Shown: positions 1 through 5,306 of the stretch, in pieces
How the letters are laid out: every line of letters starts with the position of its first letter
Numbering within the stretch: position 1 is the stretch's first letter
IMG/VR virus record: IMGVR_UViG_3300045988_003171
Span: 1-5,744 of that record
Source of the DNA: a virus
Reading direction: 5' to 3' (one strand)
DNA: 5,744 bases
The notes under the pieces: model-generated
What the model was told of the DNA's origin: nothing
Databases searched by the model: none
What the model saw: the letters and a program-made list of their open reading frames with translations, nothing else
Made by a program: the position numbers and the translations under genes

Positions 1-22
1 AACTGGGCGAGTTTGACACCGA
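1..22. repeat. Terminal redundancy: 22 nt identical to 5723-5744, the circular-assembly overlap
   Basis: aactgggcgagtttgacaccga occurs exactly at both window ends. The reading frame is continuous across the implied junction. Confidence 0.95.
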
Positions 23-104
23 GACCGGCTACATGAGCGAAGCGATGCCCGAGCACATCGCGCGGCTCATCGACCTGAAGGAGACGGCCAATGTTAAATC
101 CTGA
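1..104 (+). CDS. 3' part of the junction-spanning small protein (84 aa in total, VP5-like conserved Microviridae non-structural protein). The 5' part is at 5572-5744.
   Basis: Frame 3 is open from the window start to TGA at 102-104 (..LGEFDTETGYMSEAMPEHIARLIDLKETANVKS*). It joins in frame to the ORF starting at ATG 5572 once the 22-nt overlap is removed. Confidence 0.75.
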   Translation, partial: LGEFDTETGYMSEAMPEHIARLIDLKETANVKS

Positions 105-516
105 TGTACTGGTAAGGTACTACGGACTGCCGACCGAAAGAGTGACAAACAATCCGGGCAGCAAAACCGCGCCAACGTGGAAAGCGGTCAAACGACCGAA
201 CGGCACAACCGACTACATCGAGCAGCCGGACGAGAACACATACGAAAAAATCCAGCGCGCCGGCGAGGGATACGACCTTGCAAGCGCAATCGCACGACTG
301 GAAGCGGGAGACACCAGCATCAAGGCAAAGAGCGTGGTATACACCGAAGGAACTGACCTTGAAAATCTGCCGAAGGATATCATGACGATGCACGAAAAGG
401 CCGAGGCAGCAGCCGAAACAATGGAACAACTGAAACAGGTACAACAGACCGAACAGCCGAAACCGAAAGAGGAAGAAAAAAAGGAGGAGGTGAAGGAAAA
501 CGAACAGAAACAGTGA
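91..516 (+). CDS. Hypothetical 141-aa protein with a Glu/Lys-rich C-terminal tail. By position (immediately upstream of the capsid gene) it is a candidate internal scaffolding protein (VP3-like).
   Basis: ATG 91 is preceded by AAGGAG (78-83) at 7-nt spacing. The start overlaps the upstream stop (ATGTTAAATCCTGA), suggesting translational coupling. I could not recognise a family-specific motif, so the function is positional inference only. Confidence 0.7.
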   Translation: MLNPDVLVRYYGLPTERVTNNPGSKTAPTWKAVKRPNGTTDYIEQPDENTYEKIQRAGEGYDLASAIARLEAGDTSIKAKSVVYTEGTDLENLPKDIMTMHEKAEAAAETMEQLKQVQQTEQPKPKEEEKKEEVKENEQKQ

Positions 517-541
517 AAACCATTTCGCACAAGTGCCGCGA

Positions 542-2206
542 ATGGAACGACCACGAAGCAAATTTGACCGGAGTCACCAGCTGTTGACGACCATCAACGA
601 AGGTGACTTAGTGCCAATCTACTGTGATGAAGTGCTTCCAGGCGATACGGCAAAAGTACGCCTGAACGGGCTTATTCGTATGAGCACACCCATCTATCCT
701 ATCATGGATAACTGCTACATGGACACCTACTTCTTCTTTGTTCCGTGCCGTCTGCTATGGGAGCACTGGGAGAACATGTTCGGCGAAAACGATACAGACT
801 ACTGGGCAGAAAAGACCGAATACAGCACGCCAACTTGCACAATCGGCGGCACATCCGGTCTGAACAACGGCACCATCGGAGACTACTTTGGACTGCCGAC
901 CGGAGTAAAAAACGCAATCAAAGTGAACGCGCTGCCAGCACGCGCCTATGCAATGATCTATAACGAGTGGTTCCGGGATGAGAACCTTGAAGCACCGTTA
1001 ATGCTGGGATACAAAAAAAGCGATGAAGGAGGCAAAGAAACAGCACCTGGAAACGCAGATAAAGAATACTATGCAAACAAACCCAGCCTAACAACAAACA
1101 CAAACGAAGCAACCTTATACGCGCGATATCCAGCCAAAGCGGGAAAATTCCACGACTACTTCACCAGCTGTTTGCCGAGTCCGTTGAAATCTGACCCTGT
1201 GGAAATCAGCCTAACGGGTAATGCGCCAGTAGGGATGTACAGAAACACAGAACTCACCGAATACGGAACAGCAGGTGGAAAACAGGCAATCTACTTCAAC
1301 CAAAAAGCCACAGATTCTTACATACCAGGAATCACGAACAACAAATCAGGAGAAAAAATTTCGCAGGTAGCAGGAAGCTCGAGCAATATAAAACATGTAG
1401 GAGATGTAGCATACCTAGGCGCCAACCTGAGCGCAGTAAGCGGCGTAAGCATTGCAGATTTGCGCATGGCAATCGCCTTGCAGCACATCTTTGAAGCAGA
1501 TGCACGCAACGGCACGCGATACCGTGAATTCCTTTCTGGTACATGGGGCGTAACAAGTCCGGACAGCCGTCTACAGATTCCTGAATACATCGGCGGACAG
1601 CGCATCCCAATCAACGTAAATCAGGTTGTGCAGACGAGCCAGACGGACCCGACAACCGGGCAAGCACTGGGCAATACGGCGGCATACAGCCTGACCACGT
1701 GCAGTAAAGAGATGGTTGACTATGCAGCGACCGAATACGGCTATATCATCGGTCTGGCAGTAGTACGAGTAGAGCACAGCTACCAGCAGGGGCTTGCGAC
1801 CAAGTGGACACGCGGCGGGCGATTCACATACTACGACCCGCGTTTGGCAGCACTGGGCGAACAGCCGGTGTACAACCGTGAAATCTATGCACAGGGCACA
1901 GCCGAAGATGACGAAATCTTTGGCTACCAAGAGGCCTGGGCGGACTACCGCTACAAGCCTTCTTACGTAACCGGTGAAATGAGATCTAACTACCAGACAA
2001 GCCTTGACGCATGGCACTATGCAGACGATTATAACACGCTTCCGTATCTCTCGGCAGAATGGATTCAGGAAGAAACAAAGAACATTGACCGAACAATTGC
2101 AATAACGAGTGCAAAAAGTCATCAGTTCTTGTGTGACTTCTACTTCACGGAAGACTGGTATCGCGAGATGCCTATCTACAGCATCCCGGGCATCGAAAGA
2201 ATTTAA
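542..2206 (+). CDS. VP1: Major capsid protein, Microviridae F/VP1 family
   Basis: The N-terminal signature RSKFDRSHQLLTTINEGDLVPIYCDEVLPGDT (nt 554-649) and the ~550-aa length are typical of Microviridae major capsid proteins. ATG 542 was chosen; an in-frame GTG at 533 is the maximal ORF start. No Shine-Dalgarno is visible. Confidence 0.95.
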   Translation: MERPRSKFDRSHQLLTTINEGDLVPIYCDEVLPGDTAKVRLNGLIRMSTPIYPIMDNCYMDTYFFFVPCRLLWEHWENMFGENDTDYWAEKTEYSTPTCTIGGTSGLNNGTIGDYFGLPTGVKNAIKVNALPARAYAMIYNEWFRDENLEAPLMLGYKKSDEGGKETAPGNADKEYYANKPSLTTNTNEATLYARYPAKAGKFHDYFTSCLPSPLKSDPVEISLTGNAPVGMYRNTELTEYGTAGGKQAIYFNQKATDSYIPGITNNKSGEKISQVAGSSSNIKHVGDVAYLGANLSAVSGVSIADLRMAIALQHIFEADARNGTRYREFLSGTWGVTSPDSRLQIPEYIGGQRIPINVNQVVQTSQTDPTTGQALGNTAAYSLTTCSKEMVDYAATEYGYIIGLAVVRVEHSYQQGLATKWTRGGRFTYYDPRLAALGEQPVYNREIYAQGTAEDDEIFGYQEAWADYRYKPSYVTGEMRSNYQTSLDAWHYADDYNTLPYLSAEWIQEETKNIDRTIAITSAKSHQFLCDFYFTEDWYREMPIYSIPGIERI

Positions 2207-2208
2207 GG

Positions 2209-2215
2209 AAGGAGG
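2209..2215 (+). promoter_or_regulatory. Strong Shine-Dalgarno (AAGGAGG) with no start codon at normal spacing; candidate split RBS for VP2
   Basis: AAGGAGG lies directly after the VP1 stop (TAA 2204-2206). The next 29 nt contain no ATG, GTG or TTG in range, and the nearest start is ATG 2245 beyond the hairpin at 2217-2236. Confidence 0.5.
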
Positions 2216-2216
2216 A

Positions 2217-2242
2217 AGCCCCGCAAAAGCGGGGCTATTTTT
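2217..2242 (+). terminator. Rho-independent terminator (or attenuating hairpin) between VP1 and VP2
   Basis: An 8-bp GC-rich stem, agccccgc (2217-2224) paired with gcggggct (2229-2236), has an AAAA loop and is followed by aTTTTT (2237-2242). Confidence 0.8.
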
Positions 2243-2244
2243 GA

Positions 2245-3102
2245 ATGGAGACATTATTAAGCTTTATGCCATACCTCATGCAAGGACTGAGCATGCTAAC
2301 AGGCATCATAACGAGCAGCAACCAGAGCGGAGCCAAGAACAGCCAAGGGGCAGGCAGCGAGACCACAACAGGCAGCGAGACCACAACAGGCAGCGTAACA
2401 GGACCACAACAGATAGGTTCAACACAAATCAGCACGCCAACAGGCGTAACAACGTTCGGGAATCAGAGCAGTGTAAACACCGCAAACGCTCTGCAAATGA
2501 TAAGCGGACTACTAAGCAACCTTGCGAATGCTGGAAGCCAAGCAAGCGCCAAGAAGTACAACAGCGCAGAGGCAGCAGCAGAACGAGCGTTTCAAAAGGA
2601 AATGCGCGGGACAGCTTATCAGGATACCGTAAAGGACATGATCGCAGCGGGCATCAATCCTATCCTAGCAGCGACCAACGGAGCAACAAGCGCACCATCG
2701 GGAGCATCTGCAAGCATTGGAAGCCAACGTTATAACCAGCAGAGCGCACAGGCTGCAAGCGTATCCGCAATGTACGAATATGGCAACAACACGGCAGAAC
2801 TGGCAGACAAATACTTACAGCTGGCAAAACAGGCGACCAGCGCAAAACAGTTTAAGAATGCGAAAAGCTGGGAACAGGCAGCGAGCGAGCTGGCAACCTC
2901 AAGCGCAAAACAGGCGCAACAGTACACCTATGCAGCTAGCAAATTAGGTGCAGGACTTGCGGGAGCTGGTAAAGCAGCCAAAAAAGCAGCAGAAAAGGCT
3001 GGCAAAGCAGCCAAAGACACAGCAGGAAACTTCAAAAAGTACAACCAGAGAGTGCCAATCATGCCAAACATGGACGCATTCAACGCATACACAGGAGACT
3101 AA
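2245..3102 (+). CDS. VP2: Minor capsid / DNA pilot protein (VP2/H-like)
   Basis: It sits immediately after VP1 and has a hydrophobic N-terminus (METLLSFMPYLMQGLSMLTGIIT). The conserved pilot-protein core AFQKEMRGTAYQDTVKDMIAAGINPILAA (nt 2587-2670) resembles the gokushovirus VP2 consensus (..TAYQR.v.D...AG.NP.LA). The tail is rich in Ala, Lys and Gln. Confidence 0.85.
   Translation: METLLSFMPYLMQGLSMLTGIITSSNQSGAKNSQGAGSETTTGSETTTGSVTGPQQIGSTQISTPTGVTTFGNQSSVNTANALQMISGLLSNLANAGSQASAKKYNSAEAAAERAFQKEMRGTAYQDTVKDMIAAGINPILAATNGATSAPSGASASIGSQRYNQQSAQAASVSAMYEYGNNTAELADKYLQLAKQATSAKQFKNAKSWEQAASELATSSAKQAQQYTYAASKLGAGLAGAGKAAKKAAEKAGKAAKDTAGNFKKYNQRVPIMPNMDAFNAYTGD
2353..2395 (+). repeat. 18-nt in-frame tandem repeat (2 full copies plus a 7-nt partial third) inside VP2
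   Basis: ggcagcgagaccacaaca is present at 2353-2370 and 2371-2388, followed by ggcagcg at 2389-2395. It encodes GSETTT-GSETTT-GS. Confidence 0.9.
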
Positions 3103-3108
3103 AAAAGG

Positions 3109-3137
3109 AAGGGGGATGGCAAAACATCCCCCTTTTT
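3109..3137 (+). terminator. Rho-independent terminator after VP2
   Basis: A 10-bp stem, aagggggatg (3109-3118) paired with catccccctt (3125-3134), has a 6-nt loop and a T run at 3133-3137. It lies just after TAA 3100-3102. Confidence 0.85.
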
Positions 3138-3165
3138 CAGTAACAAAAATCCAAAAAATAAAGAA

Positions 3166-3346
3166 TGTGGAAAACTTGAGTTTTCAACACTTTCAACAGG
3201 TTTTCAACAACAAGTTGCACAAAGAAATTAGTCAAAATGACGAACATTCAACAATTCAACAAGTCTTCAACAAAGTTTTCAACAGGCAAAAAGACAATAA
3301 ATAAACGTAGTAACGTTAAAAAAACGAGTTTTCAACACTTTCAACA
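3166..3346 (+). repeat. Iteron array: nine same-orientation TTCAACA heptamers in three clusters, plus one inverted DnaA-box-like element
   Basis: TTCAACA starts at 3183, 3192, 3203, 3247, 3255, 3266, 3278, 3331 and 3340. The 10-mer GTTTTCAACA occurs 4 times (3180, 3200, 3275, 3328). An exact 21-nt repeat GAGTTTTCAACACTTTCAACA is at 3178-3198 and 3326-3346. TGTGGAAAA at 3166-3174 is the reverse complement of TTTTCCACA. Confidence 0.9.
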
Positions 3347-3347
3347 C

Positions 3348-3365
3348 TACTACTACTACGACTAC
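3348..3365 (+). repeat. Trinucleotide microsatellite (TAC)4-GAC-TAC in non-coding DNA
   Basis: The sequence tactactactacgactac directly follows the last iteron. Confidence 0.8.
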
Positions 3366-3398
3366 AACAAGTTAATATACAAAGAAAGCGAGGTGTCA

Positions 3399-3433
3399 AC
3401 CGGCACAAGATAGACAAGGAAGCTTGTGCCGGT
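3399..3433 (+). promoter_or_regulatory. Perfect 11-bp stem-loop abutting or overlapping the rep start; candidate origin hairpin or translational operator
   Basis: accggcacaag (3399-3409) pairs with cttgtgccggt (3423-3433) around a 13-nt loop, atagacaaggaag, which contains the SD-like AAGGAAG (3416-3422). The alternative GTG start at 3426 lies in the 3' arm. Confidence 0.6.
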
Positions 3434-3440
3434 AACAAAA

Positions 3441-4430
3441 ATGCCATGTACAAAACCATTAGTATTTCAGATGGATACGAAAAAACCGCAACTGTGGGGA
3501 TCTCTGGAAAACCTATCAAAGCAAGGGCTTCAAACGGACATCATGGACGGAGTCAAAAAAGGAAAATTCGCATTGTTACCATGCGGTAAGTGTGAATACT
3601 GCCGCAAACAGATGGCTGACCAATGGGCAACCAGAATAGAACTAGAAGCCAAAGAATGGGACGATGTAATTTTCCTAACACTAACATATGACGATGAACA
3701 TATCCCATACGGCGAGATCCTCAAAGGCTACAGAAGCATTCAAAGCCAGACAGTAAGCAAACGAGACGTGCAGCTATTTATAAAGCGGCTACGAAAAGCA
3801 TACAAAAAGCCAATAAAATACTTTCTAGCAGCTGAATATGGTGACAGAACAAAAAGACCACACTATCACGCAATAATATTTGGACTGAAACCACCGGATG
3901 CACAATGGTATAAAAACCAAAAAGGCAACAGCTATTTCAAAAGCGAGTGGCTACAAAAAATCTGGGGCAAGGGCATGATAGACTTTTCACCAGCACAGCC
4001 GGGGAGCTTTGCATACGTGGCACAATACGTCAACAAAAAAGCCATAGGTGCAGAGCAAGCGGCAAAATACTGGATGGAAGGCAGAGAGCCAGAGTTCCGA
4101 ATCATGTCAAAAGGCATCGGCGAAAACTATCTAAACGAACACAAAGATGAAATCTTGAAAACGGATAGCATCATATGCGCAGGAGGACGCAAGAAAAGGC
4201 CTCCACGCTATTTTGATAAGATTCTAGATAAGGATACCAGCCAAGACACAGAAAGCTATTTTAGGGCACATTCTGACGAGCTGAGAGAGGTAAGAGCCAG
4301 ACGCAGACGCAGTGCAGTACAAAGTTTGGTCAATCTCGAACAAAGCACGAGCGTAGATTATGAAACCTATCTAAACATTCAGAAAGAAAAGGACAAACTA
4401 AAGCAAAAGTGGCGTGAACCAAAAGCATGA
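3441..4430 (+). CDS. VP4: Rolling-circle replication initiation protein (HUH endonuclease, Microviridae VP4/A-like)
   Basis: It has an N-terminus MPCTKPL typical of VP4 and a Cys cluster PCGKCEYCR. Motif 1 is FLTLTY (3672-3689), motif 2 (HUH) is PHYHAIIFG (HYH at 3861-3869), and motif 3 is the double-Tyr YVAQYVNKK (4014-4040). The alternative start GTG 3426 has AAGGAAG 3-5 nt upstream. Confidence 0.93.
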   Translation: MPCTKPLVFQMDTKKPQLWGSLENLSKQGLQTDIMDGVKKGKFALLPCGKCEYCRKQMADQWATRIELEAKEWDDVIFLTLTYDDEHIPYGEILKGYRSIQSQTVSKRDVQLFIKRLRKAYKKPIKYFLAAEYGDRTKRPHYHAIIFGLKPPDAQWYKNQKGNSYFKSEWLQKIWGKGMIDFSPAQPGSFAYVAQYVNKKAIGAEQAAKYWMEGREPEFRIMSKGIGENYLNEHKDEILKTDSIICAGGRKKRPPRYFDKILDKDTSQDTESYFRAHSDELREVRARRRRSAVQSLVNLEQSTSVDYETYLNIQKEKDKLKQKWREPKA

Positions 4431-4487
4431 CGCGCACAGCGCTAAAAAGGAATGGATTTAGCCGAATTCCGCTGCGCTCCATACGGC

Positions 4488-4506
4488 AAGGCGCTAAAGC
4501 GCTTTT
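4488..4506 (+). terminator. Weak candidate terminator or hairpin downstream of rep
   Basis: gcgc (4491-4494) pairs with gcgc (4499-4502) around a taaa loop, extendable by G-U and A-U pairs, and is followed by TTTT (4503-4506). The stem is short, so confidence is low. Confidence 0.3.
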
Positions 4507-4592
4507 CAAACCAGAGGAGCAAAACCGGGTTACAAAAGAAGGTTACAATTTTATTACAAAACAGCAAAATCATAGAAAAACCTATTGACATG

Positions 4593-4601
4593 TGATATAA
4601 T
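4593..4601 (+). promoter_or_regulatory. Extended -10 promoter (TGaTATAAT) upstream of the peptidase gene
   Basis: The sequence matches TGnTATAAT perfectly (TG 4593-4594, TATAAT 4596-4601), about 32 nt upstream of ATG 4633. The nearby TTGACA (4585-4590) is only 5 nt away, so it cannot act as the -35 element. Confidence 0.6.
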
Positions 4602-4632
4602 AGAATCAGAAAAAGAAAGGGAGGTTGACAAA

Positions 4633-5025
4633 ATGATTGAAAGTTATATACTGAACACAGACGGAAATGCACAAATTACAAAACACTTCAAAGTAAAAGA
4701 ATTTGCATGTAAAGACGGTTCACAAATCGTATTCATCGACAGATATTTAGTATCCATTCTGGATATCCTCAGAAACCAAATCGGAAAGCCGATAATCATT
4801 ACCAGCGGATACAGAACGCCGGAGTGGAACAAAAAATGCAACGGAGCAAAATATAGCTACCACATGCGCGGTATGGCAGCAGATATCCGGGTCAATGGCA
4901 TGAGCGCAAAAGAACTCGCCAACAAACTGAATGAAGTCATCCCGGATGGATGCGGCATTATCGTATACAACGGCTGGGTGCATTTTGATGTGCGAAGCGG
5001 GAAAAAATACAGAAAGGGGGTGTAA
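4633..5025 (+). CDS. Zinc D,D- or L,D-peptidase of the LAS/M15 family (Peptidase_M15-like cell-wall hydrolase); probable lysis enzyme
   Basis: Zn-ligand pattern: SYHMRGMAAD (H at 4861-4863, D at 4882-4884, spacing H-x6-D as in VanX/VanY-type enzymes) and a distal WVHFD (H at 4981-4983), plus TSGYR. ATG 4633 is preceded by AAGGGAGG (4617-4624) at 8-nt spacing. The track start at 4585 is unlikely. Confidence 0.88.
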   Translation: MIESYILNTDGNAQITKHFKVKEFACKDGSQIVFIDRYLVSILDILRNQIGKPIIITSGYRTPEWNKKCNGAKYSYHMRGMAADIRVNGMSAKELANKLNEVIPDGCGIIVYNGWVHFDVRSGKKYRKGV

Positions 5026-5090
5026 CAGTGGAACGTATCAGAATCAAGCGGTAACCAAATGAAACCATAACCTGGAAAGAAGGATAAGCA

Positions 5091-5306
5091 ATGAAAACAT
5101 GGAACATAAGAGACCAGCCCGAAGAATCACTAAAACGCCTCCTTGAAAAAAAACAAAAAGAAATCAAGGCTGGATATAAAATGCTACGAAAGCTAAGCAA
5201 CATAAAAGATGCAGAAATTATGCTGGAAGAAATCTGGCAAACAAAAGCATTTGCAAACGACATAGAAATGGAACTAATCAGAAGGGGGTATAACGATGGC
5301 ACATAG
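5091..5306 (+). CDS. Hypothetical 71-aa charged, predicted helical protein
   Basis: ATG 5091 is preceded by AGAAGGA (5078-5084) at 6-nt spacing. It fills the gap between neighbouring genes and overlaps the next gene by 11 nt. No motif was recognised. Confidence 0.55.
   Translation: MKTWNIRDQPEESLKRLLEKKQKEIKAGYKMLRKLSNIKDAEIMLEEIWQTKAFANDIEMELIRRGYNDGT

Noticed and set aside
477-483. An in-frame dnaX-type slippery heptamer A_AAA_AAG followed by GGAGGAGG
   Set aside because: A -1 shift would only replace the last 8 residues with RRR and a stop. The site lies in a Lys/Glu low-complexity tail where such heptamers arise by composition, and no downstream stimulatory hairpin is evident.
94-561. 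Minus-strand ORFs of 155, 113 and 65 aa opposite the 141-aa gene
   Set aside because: They are Phe/Leu/Cys-rich artefacts of the complement of a Glu/Lys-rich coding region, with no ribosome-binding sites.
1571-2254. A 227-aa ORF on the minus strand, antisense to VP1
   Set aside because: It lies entirely opposite the well-supported capsid gene and runs through the terminator hairpin. It has no SD, and its Cys/Val/Phe-rich composition is what the complement of an A-rich coding strand would produce.
2109-2735. A 208-aa + strand ORF in an alternative frame spanning the VP1 end, the terminator and the VP2 start
   Set aside because: It has a single Met at its start inside VP1 and no SD. It crosses an intrinsic terminator, and its Arg/Gln/Asn low-complexity sequence partly derives from the 18-nt tandem repeat. 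Long open alternative frames are expected on a T-poor strand.
3173-3179. AACTTGA, resembling the phiX174 origin nick sequence CAACTTG/ATA
   Set aside because: The match is only 7 nt, and the flanking AT-rich recognition sequence of the phiX origin is absent. Chance occurrence is plausible, so it is kept only as a candidate to test alongside the iteron finding.
2948-3304. A 118-aa ORF (and its internal 62-aa version from ATG 3116) covering the VP2 tail, the terminator and the iteron region
   Set aside because: The internal ATG is buried in the terminator stem. Its apparent peptide repeats (FQHFQQVFNN, IQQVFNKVFN) come from iterons that fall in different codon phases, and iterons also occur downstream of its stop, so the repeat is a DNA-level feature. 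Residual possibility: a small protein starting at 3116, with AAGGAAG just upstream.
3166-3346. A possible CRISPR array, given the regularly spaced repeats
   Set aside because: The repeat units are only 7-10 nt with 1-5 nt between neighbours within clusters. That is far from CRISPR repeat and spacer dimensions, and no cas genes are present.
3373-3381. A dif/XerCD-like site; the minus strand reads TGTATATTA, as in the central and XerD-arm junction of E. coli dif
   Set aside because: Only the 9-nt core matches. The flanking arms match poorly (about 5/11 for the XerD arm and essentially none for the XerC arm), so there is no support for a dif mimic or a lysogeny module.
4585-4632. The track start for the peptidase at 4585, and TTGACA (4585-4590) as a -35 box
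   Set aside because: A start at 4585 would lie inside or upstream of the promoter -10 and has no SD, whereas ATG 4633 has AAGGGAGG at 8 nt. TTGACA is only 5 nt from TATAAT, so it cannot serve as the -35; the promoter call rests on the extended -10 alone.
4625-4652. A second TTGACA (4625-4630) with TATACT (4647-4652) at 16-nt spacing, as a possible internal promoter
   Set aside because: It would start transcription inside the peptidase coding sequence and has no downstream start to serve. It is most likely a chance match in AT-rich DNA.
4442-4672. A 76-aa minus-strand ORF across the rep-peptidase intergenic region
   Set aside because: It runs antisense through the promoter, SD and start of the peptidase gene. 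It has no SD, and every other gene is on the + strand.
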